The position numbers and the translations under genes were made by a program. From the NCBI RefSeq assembly GCF_009914755.1, contig NC_060944.1: a stretch of DNA of 64,000 bases, one strand, 5' to 3'. The notes below the pieces were generated by a model. That model was not told the origin of the DNA, searched no databases, and worked only from the letters and a program-made list of their open reading frames with translations. The stretch is from the human T2T-CHM13v2.0 reference genome, Homo sapiens. Positions 32,420 through 46,605 of this stretch are shown here, one piece after another; the first letter of the stretch is position 1; every line of letters starts with the position of its first letter.

Positions 32420-35400
32420 TGAACACTTATTATTTATTGAATATTTATTATGTCCCAGGCATTGTGCTGTGGAAATACTTTATATGTTTTGTCTCCAAAT
32501 GGCAGTAGATGGAACGTGCTGTTATTATTATTTCTATTTTACAGATGTGGAAACTGAGTCTGGAGAGTAACTTGTCCAGGATCACATGGCTTATGCCAGA
32601 GCCAGGATTAAACCCAGTTTTGATTCCTAACCACTAGGATGTCCAGCCTGCTCCCGTGGTATAACAAGAACTTCCCTTTCTCCATCTGTCTGCCCTGGAG
32701 AGCTAGATTTTAAAGTCCTTTTCCACTTGCATTGCCTTATGGATATTTATCGATGGTTAGGTACAAAAATCAGGTTGAGAAAGTAAGAGACGCCAGCAGA
32801 TTCTCACAAGATTTTGAATCTGCCCTTGTAGAAATGAATGAATGTTTCAAGCTGGACCTATGGAAATGGTCGTAGCATCACTGCAGTTAGTGGCCTAAGT
32901 CATTGCTTACAGCTGCTCTTGCCCTATAACCGCAGGGTTGAACAGCCGTACTACAAAGACCATACGGCCTGCAAAGACTATCTGGCCCTTTACAGAAAAA
33001 GTTTGCTGACCTCTAAGCTATTGCAATATGACAAGACAATCCTTGTAGACCAGAAATAACATGCACTTGGGACATTTCGTATACCATTTCAATGATTTAT
33101 TATTTATCAGGTGCCTCCAATGTGCTTGACACATTGCACAGTGATAGGGGAAAATTACAAGTGACTTCATTCCTTCATCCATTTACTTAACAACACTTAT
33201 TTAGCTGTGTTCTGGGCTGTTTACTGGAGAGCCAGAGGTGAGAAGGACCAAATCCAGCATCTCCGGTAGGAGGATCCCAATGTGTTCTCACCAGTATCCC
33301 ATGGCCTCTTCTTTCCTGAGGGTGCAGAGGGTGTTGACATGACTTTTTGAGCTTTCTAATGTTTGAGCAGCAGAATGGAAGCAACACCTCAGTCTGTAGA
33401 CCCTCACCCACAGAAGCTATGCCTGGTTCAGTAAGAGCAGTGCCTCGGCTTCTGCACCTGAAACCGCACTAGGCATATAGGACTTACCAGTGCCCCAGGC
33501 TTACTCGGCCGACAGCAACTCTCTGCTTCCCTCAATGCGTTGTGCAGAATGAGGAGGAATGTAGAGAATCAGACTTTCCAAACCTCAGCCTGGGTACTGA
33601 CTTTCAGCCTCGAGATTAAGAGCTTGAGTCCAGGAGCCAGGCTGCTCAGGTTACACTTCCCCTCAGTGTTAACCTACTCCTGCGTTTAACTTGGGGGTAA
33701 GTTACCAGACTTTTCGGTGCCTCAGTTTCTTCGTCTGTAAAGCAGGGTGAATAATAATGCACCTTCCTCAGAAAGCTATCGTGGAGATTGAGTTAATAAA
33801 CATGAAGTGTTTGGAACTACGGCTGGCAAGTGGTATGAATTATATCAGTGTCAGCTACAGTTATTATTATTATTTATGAATTTGACCTGAAGCAAATTAC
33901 TTAGACTCTTTGGGATGATAATAATAATAGTAACAACAATAATAAAATAACTTTTCATAGTGCCATTGTGAGAATATAAATGAGGCGATACATGGAAAAC
34001 ACTTAGCTTTGCTACACTGCCTGCCTCCATTCAATGTTCAATGAGCTAGCTATTGAGATTATGGGGAACAGTGCACTGGATCAGTGCGGTGTCTATAAGC
34101 TATTGATCAGTTGAGTCATTTTAGGTATCGAGAGAATGTTGGGCAGTGGTCGATAGCACAGGCCCTGGACTCAGACAGATCTGGCCTGAGCCTGAGTCAG
34201 TCCATCACTCACGGACTGCCATCTCCAGCAGGGGTCTGACCCTCTCAACGTCCCAGACATCGGAGACAGCAGTTAACTGTTCCTGGGGTGGTTGGGAGGC
34301 TTAAAAGAGTGGCTGGCACACCGAGCACAGAGCAGGGTGTTTGGCACATAGTAAGCACTCAATAAATGGTAGCTTGTATTATTACCACCCCCATTTCTTG
34401 CTGTACCCCCACCCCCAAGAAAGCACTGAACATTAGTAAATTTTAATTTGAAAATAAAAGAACACATTTTAAAACTGCCAAACAGATTTAAAATAATATT
34501 CATTACACAAAATTAAAATATTCTATTAAAGCCAGACTTTGGGCTCAGACCAAATTTTTATAACCCAAGCTTAAAGGCCAGGGAGTCCCCCAGCCACAAT
34601 GGGGACATTGTGATTGAACTTGAGACTTCAACGCTGCTATTGAGCAGTCTTTGAAATGCATGTTTCCCCTAAAATAAAAGGGAAGTAATGGGAAGGAAAA
34701 AAATGAGGTTCTTGCTCCCCTCAACAAGCCTTAATGAATTGGAAAAGAAAAACAAAATATTTCTCATTTTTCTCCTGCTACTCGATCCTGCCAAAGACGC
34801 ACGGCCCCTCCCAACCCTGGCTTTGAATGGTGCCCACTCAGAACCTTCCAGATCTGATATGCTATATGAGCAAACCTAATCTAAGTTGTAACATTGTAGT
34901 CTTCACCAGGTTTTACAGATGGCGGATTGTATCACTGGGAATCCAGAATGGGGAGCCCAAATTCCTAGGTTCAAGTCCTAGTTCTGCCTCAGTTTCCCTA
35001 TTCACAAAATAGAGACAGTCCTCCTACTGCATAAAGTGGTGGTGGGAGTCTGAACGGTTAGCTCTCCCCATGGATGTTTTAATCTTCTGCTGTTACCTAA
35101 TGAATGAAACTTGCCCTGAGTTCTGGGACTTTGAAAAATTAAAGTATACAGGTATGCCTCTGAGAGTTATAAATTAAAAAAAAGTCTATTCAGGGAGGAG
35201 AATGGAGGAGGGAAGAAGGAGACATAAAAATGGCTCACAGGAGTTATTATGTGACAGACACTTTCACAAAGCTCATTTAATCCTCTCAAAAAAAAAAAAT
35301 ACATGATATACATGTGTCCATTTAACAAACATGGAAACTGAGACTTGGACAGATCGAGTGACTGCCCAGCGGCATTCCATTCCAGGTCTGTGTGACCCAA

Positions 35401-37240
35401 AGCATGGGCCTGTTGTACCACATGACCCACAGCCCTCCTGGAACAAGGTCACAAACAATCATGGTGGACTGGAGAGACTCCCCTGACCAACCAGTTATTT
35501 ATGATCTATTCTTACATTTCAATAGCATCCTTCATCCTCAATGAGCCTGAGTTGCTGTGGCCTTTTACCCCACATTCCATTGAGAACCAGTAGATTTTTT
35601 CTTGAACAGCACATGGAAAAAGTAACGTAAGTGGGTTGCAAAATCCTTTTCTGGATGAAATCCTTCAAGAATCCCTGCCATTTCTTGCCAACCGGAATGA
35701 AGTGACTTCCTCCTCAGACCAGGCCAGGCCCTTGGCTATGGTGTGGGACCATGAGACAGAGTTGTCTGAGGCTGGGCAGCTCCTGGAGAGGGTATGGGGT
35801 CCCCTCTATCACCAACCTGCTGTGTGTCTTCGGGCAGATCACAAGAGCCCTCTGAGCCCCAATCTCCTCATCAGCCCATGGAGCAGACACCTTCTATATA
35901 GGATTTGTTATACGACTTAAATAAAATGACAGTGGAATACTTAGGGTACTGTGGAATTGGACCCATTCCCAGGAGTACTCAAAGAAAGGGGAGAAAATGA
36001 AAGTTACTTGCCCCAGGCACATTCCTTACTGTTCTTCAGGTAGCTACCGTTTGGGGACTTTAGACATTCTGGAAGAATCTGTTAGTCTCTGAAGGGCAGA
36101 CTTCTTTTTAATGATGTGGGCACCCTTTCCACATTAACTTGAAATGTACATGGACATTTTTTTTCTTTAGAGTTCTGTCTCTATCTTATTATGCATTTGG
36201 AAAAGATATAAAAAGCATTTGAAACAAATGGTTTTACAATTTTTTACTGCTTAAGACAAAAATGATTTAAAAACCAAGTCCATCAAGTAATTGATAGCAA
36301 AAGTGGCACACAGCCATGGCAGAGTTCATGAGGGAAGTTTCAGAAACACGAATCTGATGATGTGAAGCTTTCCCTGTGATCTATTCATTTAAAATAAAAC
36401 ATTTTAGTTTTAAAACTCATCCCCGCAGGCTGCGTACGACAAATTCCACCCAAATACCCAGAACCTTTTACTAACCAGAATTGCAATGCTGTGCTGCTTT
36501 CAGGGGAATAAAATGAAACAAATGCAGTCTCTCGGGGACATTGGTAAAGTCATCTCAGAGTACATCAGTGTCCGGGCACATCTAGTCTGTGTCTTGTATC
36601 TTTGAAAGAAGAATAACTAACCTTTGGATGACTGTAATGTTGATAAAAAATAATCTCTGAGGGCTAACTTTATGCCGGGATATGTTCCGAAAGATTATAG
36701 GCATTAACTCATTTATTCCTTGCAATAATTCTACGATGAAAGTACTGTTACTATTCCCAGTTTAAGTGAGAAAAGTAAGACACAGAGAGGTCAAGTGACT
36801 TGTTCAAGGTCACCCTTGAACAAGTGCAGGGGTAGAGCCAGGCTTTGTATGTGGGAGTATGGTTCTAGAGTTTGTCTTCATAACCCCTGACTTCCCTGAT
36901 TCTTTAACCACCATAAAAAATTAAACTCTTTGACCCTCACTTACTTGCACAATGAATTAATTAAGGACAGGCATGAGAAGGGGCTGAAAGCGATGTTAAA
37001 TCTCAGTTATAATTTTTCAGTTTCTTACAAGGATGTATTTGCGTATTCCATTATCTTTAGGGTACAGTACACTACAGAAGCCAGTCTCTCCACGTTCAAA
37101 TCCACTGTCTACCACTTACTAGCCTTGGGCTTCCTTCACCTCTCTCAGCCTCAGTTTCCCCATTGATGACATGAAAATAACGGACTCTGCATAACAAATG
37201 CATTGAAGACCACGAGACACACACAGTGATTGTTAAAAGC
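32420..37240. mobile_element. Cluster of MIR/L2 fragments (multiple separate copies) interspersed with unique DNA
   Basis: Repeated MIR core motifs 'gaaactgag...aagtgacttg...caaggtcac' and 'cctcagtttc...ctgtaaa'. Confidence 0.7.
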
Positions 37241-37445
37241 TATTGATTACCTGTGGAAGAAAAATTAAGTCTAGAAATCATATCTTCCTACAGGGCACAA
37301 ATGCAGTTTGGTATAGTTTGGAGTGAAAAAGAAGGGAAAACCGCCTGAGCTGTGAGGTTCAAGCTGGAAAATAGCTCAGGTTTTTCCAGATGCCTTAAGA
37401 CTGAGCCAAAGAGACCGGCTTTCCATGTCTCCACATGAGAAGTTA

Positions 37446-38003
<558 letters not shown>

Positions 38004-38969
38004 TCAGCTCTAGGCTCTAGTTTCATGATTTTCATTTTATTTCTTGTTCCCTTCTTTACATTGGGGAAAATGTGTTTTTCTCTAGAAGCAACTACCTGGT
38101 TTTCAGTGGCAAGGTGCACAGACTTTCTGGGTTTTCCATTCACCATTCTCCTCCACTGTGCCTCCCGCTTCCATTTCCTCTTCAGTATGGAAATGGCACT
38201 TATTTATTCATTCATTCAAAAATATGTATTGAGCACCTGCTGTGTGCCAGGCCCTACTCTGGACGTGGGGAATGCAGTCAAGAACAAAAATGACCAAAGT
38301 CTCCTTCCTTGTGGAGCCACAGTTAAGTAGGAGAGAGAAAATAAACACATATGTATATAAGGTACGCAGAATATCAAATGATAAGTCCATGGAGAAAAAA
38401 GGTCAAGAGAAGCTGACGAGAACATGCCCAGGGGAGGCGAGAGGAATGCAGCGCTGAAGGAATGTAGGAGAACATTCTAGAAAGAAGCGGTAGCAAGGAC
38501 AAAAGTCCTGAATTGGGAGCAGCCAGTGAACAAGGAGGGCAGGGAAGATGAGGCCAGTTCTGGTAGGGCCTTGCTCAGAATCCAGCTGCCGTTCTGCGTC
38601 AATCAGTCATGTCCAGAGTCAAAATTATCGTAATTTAAAAATGATTTTTCAAAGTACATAGAGCCTAAATCTGAAATCAATGACTGCAACCGCAGATACC
38701 CAGAGAACCCAAACAGGTAAGAATTAGTGGAGTAGGTATGCTAATAGCAGGGACTCCACCCGGTGCCATTCAGGAATGGTCTCCGTGTTGCTAGGTGTTC
38801 TGATTTTTCAAAATCTGAATTTTTAAGAGAAATGTCCCGCTTTTAAAATCACTATGAGGAACCACCAGAAATATACCTCCAGGCTCATAGTGTACGATCC
38901 CTCTCCCAAACATCGACACAGACCCTGGGAATCAAATTTCAGTGAAAAGGCACTAAGCCTCTCTCCCGC

Positions 38970-38971
<2 letters not shown>

Positions 38972-39009
<38 letters not shown>
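38972..39009. repeat. Isolated poly(T)38
   Basis: Uninterrupted homopolymer with no adjacent Alu or L1 body. Confidence 0.9.
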
Positions 39010-39012
<3 letters not shown>

Positions 39013-40173
39013 AATTCCTGACCAGAAAGGATGCCAAGAGATGCTAAAAATTGTTTCCAGGAAAAAGTAGGACTTGAATCTCATGGGGATGAGGCTGAGA
39101 CTTCTTCCAAGGAGCAATCAGCTTGCTTCATTATTATGTCTTTCTCAGGAGTTTTTCCTGATCTCCGCTCATCATGGGGAAAGGCAAGATGGTCCAAATC
39201 TATCCTCCTTCGGGTTTTCATTAGTTTCTTGATGATGATTATTATGTCATCTGGGGTTGATTTAAGAGTGGTGAAATGTTTGCAGGTCTCATAAATGGTT
39301 GTCAGCCACTGTTTAGAATGGCAAAGAACTTTTTATGTTGTTCCCATTGCAAGGAGTGGGGTGATAGTTTCCAATGGCTACAGACAAAAGGGGGAAAGTG
39401 GGTTCTGAAGCCTTTTACAAGAGGAGATTGGAAAGTTGAGTAATTCAATGGGGGTGCAGGTGGGAGGCAGTAAGGAAAGCTCCAGGAGCTTTTTAAGACC
39501 TGAGATGCCTACATTGACAATACTGAAATCATCGTCGGCCTCCCCAGCCCCAAAGCTGGGCTTAAGCAAAATCCCAGCCAGTGGTCGCCTTAGCTGTGGA
39601 GATTGCTCCAGATGTAAGTGACAAAAAAACTTACTTCTGAGTTGGTTTAAGAAAAAAGAAAATGTATTGCCTTGGGAAATGAAAAGTTCGAGGAGGGCTG
39701 GTTTCAGGTACAGCTGGTTCAAGAGCTCAGATGCAGGTCATGTGCCCATCTCTTAATCAGTCTCTCTGTTCAAGAGGATTCTGTACTGTGCCACCTGTGG
39801 AGCTGTGGATGGAGTGAGAGAAAGGTAGATTTCCAAAGTGAAATCGGCAGCATTTTCTGGAAGTGTGGGTGGACTGGTTCCTTATATCCCCCAAAATTGT
39901 ACCTATAGGTATGCCTTCTCCACCCCTCTCCTCCTGGACTACAGTGCTGCTTATGAAATTTGTGCTTTTTCCAGGCACGATGTTATACTCTTTGTGTGCA
40001 TGTTTTACTTTTCTCCTCAAACATTCTTACTAGGTCAGTATTTTTAAGACCTGCTACTATTCTGCCCTCCACATGCTCTTCCCCATGGGCCTGGAAGATT
40101 ATCTTTTATTTCAAGTAAGGGTGTTTGTCTTACTTATTTCAAGTAAGGATGTTCATCTTAAGGGTGGGTCATC

Positions 40174-40578
40174 TGTATTTGTCTGTTCTTGCACTGCTAT
40201 AAAGAAATACCTGAGACTGGGTAATTTGCAAAGAAAAGAGTTTTAATTGGCTCACAGTTCCACAGGCTGTACAGGAAGCATGTTACTGGCATCTGCTCAG
40301 CTTCTGGGGAGGCCTTAGGAAACTTACAATCATGGTGGGAGACGAAGAGGAAGCAGGCACGACTTACATGGTGGAGCAAGAGGAAGAGAGAAAGAGGCGG
40401 GAGGTGCCACACTGTTGTAAACAACCAGGTCTTATGAGAACTCTGTCACAAGAACAGCACCAAAGGGGAAAATCCAATCCCCCTTGATCCAATCACCTCC
40501 TACCAGACCCCACCTACAACACTGGAGATTCCATTTCAACATGAGACTTGGGTGTGGACACGCATCCAAACCATCTTA
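40174..40578 (-). mobile_element. MSTA-like solo LTR
   Basis: 'tgtatttgtctgttcttgcactgctataaagaaatacctgagactggg...ggctgtacaggaagcatg'. 5-bp TSD tcatc. Confidence 0.88.
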
Positions 40579-41331
40579 TCATCTCTTTTCATGGTCTCTG
40601 GTACAAAAGTTGAGGCACTCCAGCCAAGCATAGGACATGCGCTGGGCTTCAGAGGATAAGTGAGAGATGAATCAGGATCACTAGGAGTAGAAGGGTTACC
40701 CTGGCAATGCACGCATTCCCAGGCCCCTGATGGTCAGCCTGGATTTCTTTTTCTGCTCTGAGCTTTTGCTCCCGTTGCTGCCTGTATTGAACTTTCTCAT
40801 GCTCCATCTAGGGGCATGGCAGTAACATCGGGTACACACAGAGGTTGCACACTGGCAATCAAGATGTGTTTTGTTTGGTCTGCAGATCATTTAAAAAATA
40901 GAATGGAGCCAACTTTGAAGATCTGGATCTTTCACACAAAAATGTAGATTGCTGGCTCCCATCAAAACATCACAAGATCTGTCAACACTGTGCCCACATT
41001 TCCACATTACCGCAGTTGACTGGGGCTGGGAACTGTCTGTCCCTTTTAGGTGGATAAGTTAGTTCACCCAAGTCCTCACCTTTCCCTATAGTCTCTCCAA
41101 CACCGAGGTTCAGGTTAGTTACCATTTACCGTTGGGACCATGCTGTTGGCTCTCCTAGAGTAGATTTAAGACAGAAAAGAAATCTTTCCTATATCTAGAT
41201 CTCCATTAGAAGTATGAAAATGAAGTGTAAACCAAGGTGGTCCTTGGTATTTACAAAAAAGAGAAAGCATCTGTCTTCAGGTAACACAGGGTTTCTCAAC
41301 TTTGGCACTATTAAGATTTGGAGCTGGATAA

Positions 41332-41364
<33 letters not shown>

Positions 41365-41744
41365 ACTCTGTATACTCTAGGATGGCATTTAATATGTCCA
41401 TGTGGACATCATGCACCATCTAGAAGTAAATAGGTCCCTGTGCTCCAGGCGCTCACCACCAGGTTGGTACAAAGAGTTACCATAAGTGAGGAAAGCTGTT
41501 CTTCTGCATGGCACCCGGGCAGGCTCAGCATTGGCAGTAGAGGTTATGAGTTGGCTGATTTTTGATTTAGTCCTAAGTGGACTTGCCAACCATTGAGGCT
41601 GTTTATGACTGCCTGTTTGAGATGTTATAGAAGGAATTCAGTGTTGAATGAGAGGTTAAACTATTTTAAAGAGTCTTTGGAGAATTTCTTAACTCTTAGC
41701 TGAGTGAGGCCATGGTGGATGCTACTTGCAAAAAGTTTGAAAGT

Positions 41745-42180
41745 AGCATGGATGGAACTGGAGGACATTATGTTAAGTGAAATAAGCCAGATGCAGAAAC
41801 ACAAATATCTCATGTTCCCACTTGTGTGTGGGAACTGGAAAACTCGATCTCGTGGAGGTAAAGAGTAGAATGAGGGTTCCCAGTGGCTGGAAAGGTGGGG
41901 GTGATGAAGAGAAGCTGGCTAATGGGTAGAAACATACAGCTACATAGAAAGAAAAGTTCTAGTGTTCAAAAGCACAGTAGGGTGACTGTAGTCAACAATA
42001 TGTTCTATATCAAAATAGCTGGAAGAAAAGATTGAAATGTTCCCAACACAAAGCAATGTTAAATGTTTGAGGTGACGGATATTCTAAATACCCTGATTTG
42101 ATCATCACACATTGTATGCATGTATCAGAATATCACATGGACCCCCCATAAATACATACAATTGTTATGTATCAAAAAAT
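41745..42180 (+). mobile_element. L1MA 3' end
   Basis: 'catggatggaactggaggacattatgttaagtgaaataagccag...ccctgatttgatcatcacacattgtatgc'. Confidence 0.85.
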
Positions 42181-42787
42181 AATCTTGCAAATAGAAGGTG
42201 GAGCATGGGCAGTGGTTGGGCTTGTTGGAGAGTGAGCAGAAGGACCAAATGACCTCTGGATGTCTCTTATGTCTCCTCCAGCTCTGGTTCTGTGAGCTGA
42301 GGCTTAGTGAGTTTCAAAATGTTGCCTACTACATGTTCGCAACTGCTAACCGTGGTCTACCATGGAAACTCAAAGGCATGGATATTCAGGGAGGAATCTC
42401 ATTTTTCCCTAGGCTAGTACTGTGTACGAGGTGAGACTTTTTTTTCTTTTTGGCCTTCCCCTAGTGTTACAAATCCTGTCGAGTGTCTGAAATACCATCC
42501 ATGTGAAGGTTTCCCATGATAACTGTAACAGCTGCCATTCATCCATTCAACACATATTTATTGAACACTTCTATGAGGCAGCCACTGTTCCAGGCACTTG
42601 GCAAGCAGCTATGTACAAAACTGACAAGTCCTTGCCCTCATGGAGCTTTTGTTTAGGGGGGAAAGAAGATAGACAATAAAAAAGCAAATAGTAAGACAGT
42701 CTTGGCATTGCTATGGGGAAAAAGTAAGTAGAGGGGAGGGAGGTTGATGGGAAACATTGAGGTAGAACAGGGAAGAGGAATTTTTAA

Positions 42788-43100
<313 letters not shown>

Positions 43101-43129
43101 TTAATTTTAATTTTAAATAGGGTGGCCAC

Positions 43130-43330
43130 TGTGATGGCATGCTGGTAAACTGGTTCTCTGGAAATTAAAGGTCCTGATTTGTAGCCTCTGCCACTTACAG
43201 TGGTGTAAATACTCCCACCATGGTCACTTACAGCCCAACAGTGATTTTAACAAGGAGTTCACAACATTCATGCACATTTAACAATTGTTTCTTGCAGGCT
43301 GGTACAGGCTGGCTGCAGCACATCACTGGC
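43130..43330 (-). mobile_element. MER63A (hAT-Blackjack)
   Basis: 'tgctggtaaa...tggtgtaaatactcccaccatgg...cagcacatcactgg'. Confidence 0.7.
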
Positions 43331-44482
43331 AGGCAAGGCCTCCCTGAAACTATCTGGCAGAAGAGCCCACACAGAAGCTCTGAGTGGGGTTGTGCCTGGT
43401 GTGTTCAGGAATGACCAGGAGTTCATTGTGGCTGGAGCTGAGTGAGAGGAGAGGGGCAGGAGATGTAGTTAGGGAAGTAGCCAGGGGCAGATAATGTAGG
43501 GTGTTTGAGGCCAGGGTCAGATTTTTGACTTCTAAGCTGAGTGAGGTGGGAGTCCCTGGAGGAATGGGATCTGAGCAGAGGAAGGACATGATCTGCCTTA
43601 AGTAGAGCAGAACTCCTCTGGCTGCCAAGAGAACAGACTGCAGGGGTCAGAGGGTGGGGCAGGAAAACCGTTAAGAGACTGTTCAGACAGGTGACGGTGA
43701 CTTGGACCAGGGTGGTGGCAGTAGGATCAGGGAGAAGAGTTGGATTCTAGATATGCTTTTAAGATAGAGCCGATAGAATTTGCTGAGGGATTGGCTCTGG
43801 GAAGGGATATGAAGAGAGGAGTCCAAGGTGACTCCAAGGCCTCTGGGCTGGGCATTTGGGAGGATGGAGCTGCCCTTTGCTGAAATGGGGACAGTGGAGG
43901 GAGGAGCAGGTTGGGAAAGGAGATGGGAGCACCTCGTGTGGACCTGGCATTGAGCCAGGTGTTTGAATGTATGATCATCTCCTTCTGTCCATTTTATCAC
44001 GCCCATTTTGGAAAGGATGTGACAGAGAGTTGAGGTTAATCAGCATGCCCAAGGTGGCCCTGCTGGTACATGGCCAGGCCAGGCCTCCCACCCCTTTACC
44101 ACTCTGCTGTCCTACTGTGTTTTCTTGGCTTTCTCAGTCCCGTTCCTCCTCTTCGTTTTGAGGAAATGACAACAGGAGAACTCTGCAGAAGAAACCACCT
44201 AGGAGCCGAGACCTCTCCCTCGTTCCTAAAGAGCTGTCCAGCGGTTAACGCTGGACACACATCAGGTCTGCTCAGTGGATCTGTCACCCACATTTTTCCC
44301 TGACAAATTTGTTGGATTAACCTCATGAAGATGAATGTTCCACAGTAGAACTCACACTTAAAAAAATAGGAGTCAGTGGCATAAAGGCTTTGATTTTTCT
44401 GTGGACACAGGCTTAAATCCAGATTCTACCGCTTGATGGCTTCTCCATGGGAGCCTCAGTTTTCTCATCTGTGGAGTGGGTG

Positions 44483-44858
44483 TGTATTACTCCATTCTCA
44501 CACTGCCAATAAAGACATACCCAACTGGGTAATTTATAAAGGAAAGAGGTTTCATTGGCTCACAGGTCAGCATGTCTGGGGAGGCCTCAGAAAACTTACA
44601 ATCATGGCGGAAGGGGAAGCAAACACATCCTTCTTCATATGGTGGCCGGAAGGAGGAGAATCAGTGCCCAGGAAAGGGGGAAGCCTCTTATAAAACCATC
44701 AAATCTTGTGAGAACTAACTCACTATTGTGAGACTAGGATGGGAGAAACCACCCCCGTGATTCAATTATCTCCACCTAGTCCCTCCCACGACACGTGGGG
44801 ATTATGGGAACTATAATTCAAGATGAGATTTGGGTGGGGACGCAGCCAAACCGTATCA
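44483..44858 (-). mobile_element. THE1C/D solo LTR inside a MIR
   Basis: THE1 consensus text. TSD gggtg/gggag. Confidence 0.88.
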
Positions 44859-46419
44859 GGGAGTAAGAAGAGTTCCTCTCTCAGATTCAAGGAGATAATG
44901 GGCTGAGGCACTTAGCACTGTGCCAGCCCCATCGTCACACTCAGCACACAGAGGGAATCATGACCATGATTGTTTGAGAGAGGGAATTAGAAAGTTGGGT
45001 TCAGTTTTAGGCAAAAGCTGACCTGCCTTCAAAGCTGGAGTATGGGGACAGGGGGCCGTGCGTGGGACATCGTACTTGAGAGCTTTGCAGTTTGGCCTTT
45101 TCTTTTCTCTACCGGAGATGGGAGGCCTCTGTCCGTGTTTCTGCTGTGTTCACCAGGAGGCCAGTCTGGGGCAATTACTGCTCCCCATCTCCCAAAGGAG
45201 CCACATCAGCCTCATAGCAGTGTCTCTAGCTTCGAGCTGTTGCCTGTGGCAGGCAGAACAGTGTGTACTCGCAACAAGCAAATCCCCAGATGTGAGCCCA
45301 TTCGGGGCTGCCACGTTTTTTCCTGATGAAATTCCTGACTTGGTGTGTTGTGTTTTTTTAAAAAACACGCCCACTGCCTCCAAAAACCTCAGCCGGGGAA
45401 GAGAAACATTTCTCGTTGAATTCCCAGTTTTTGAAACGGTGTCAAATTATGCCCCTCTCATGGCCTGGATACGCCATTCTTTCCACTTAGTGCTTTTCAG
45501 AGAGGCCTGGGTGGCAGAACGTGGATGTTATCTAGGCCAGCCTTTGCATTATACAGGTGGGGAAACTGAGGCTCAGACAGGCCAAGGAGGAGCCCCACAT
45601 GGGAAGCTGGTCTCAGAGCCTTGGTGATACCCCCAGATCTCTTGATTCCAGGCCCACTTTCTTCCTTCTTCATCAGAGGTCACAAATGGGCAGGCTGCAG
45701 CCACCTCTACCCTACAGATGTGCTTTCTTTGGCCTGAGATTGTTTTGATTTGAATGAGTTGCCGGCATTTAAAAATTAGGAGATTCCATATAAAAACCCA
45801 GATTTCTGGCTTCTCTGGGGCCATTGGGAGATCTGCCAAATGAGCTGTGCATTCCTGCATGGTGACAATTGAGGGTCTCAGTCATGGCCACTCCCTTTAG
45901 CCAGAGCATGTCTTCATCAGTTCACCACAGTCCCCGCCCCTCCCTCTAGTACCCCCGGACCCGGGGGCTCAATGTCACTTGTCATCATGGCGCTTTCCCT
46001 CCCAGTTCTATAGGGGTGCAGTTAAGAGAAAAGTGAAGTATTTCTTGAAACTGTGTCTCTATCAAAAAGAAGGAAACAAAAGATCAACCGAAATGACCAC
46101 TTGTTTAAACATTAATAGTACAGAGCATGATTGCTTTGTGGCAGAGCAAAAAATTTCTATGAATTTCATATGCAAAGAGAATACGTCAGTGTTGAAAATC
46201 GCTGGCCCCTTCACTCTCTGAGGTTACCTTCCCCTTCTCTGCCAGTGTTACACTTGCCATCCCTGCGTGCCAAGGCCATAGTTTCCACTTATTTTTTTAA
46301 GGCAGCATTAAACTTATTTGACCTACATCTGCCCCCCTCCTGTGAAACTTGAAATGCTATTAAACCAAATTAAGAAGTTTTTAAAAGTTGAAATGGTCTT
46401 TAACTGCTCGAGAAAGGGT

Positions 46420-46605
46420 GTATGTGAATATGTGAATGTATTGTGCAGTGTGTGTGGGTGTGCATGGACAAGTATGCTGTGTGTGAGTATATGAATGTGG
46501 GTGAGTGTGTCAGAGTCTGTGAATATGTGTAGGTGCTTAAGTGTGTGAGTTTGTGTGTGTGTGTATCTGAGTATGAAGGTATTATGTGTGTGTGCATGTG
46601 TGATG
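46420..46605. repeat. Degenerate (TG)-rich low-complexity tract
   Basis: Imperfect TGTG/TATG units. Confidence 0.8.

Noticed and set aside
31887-32668. Exact 14-mer CGTGGTATAACAAG repeated 768 bp apart
   Set aside because: Compatible with chance in a 64-kb window; no extension of similarity.
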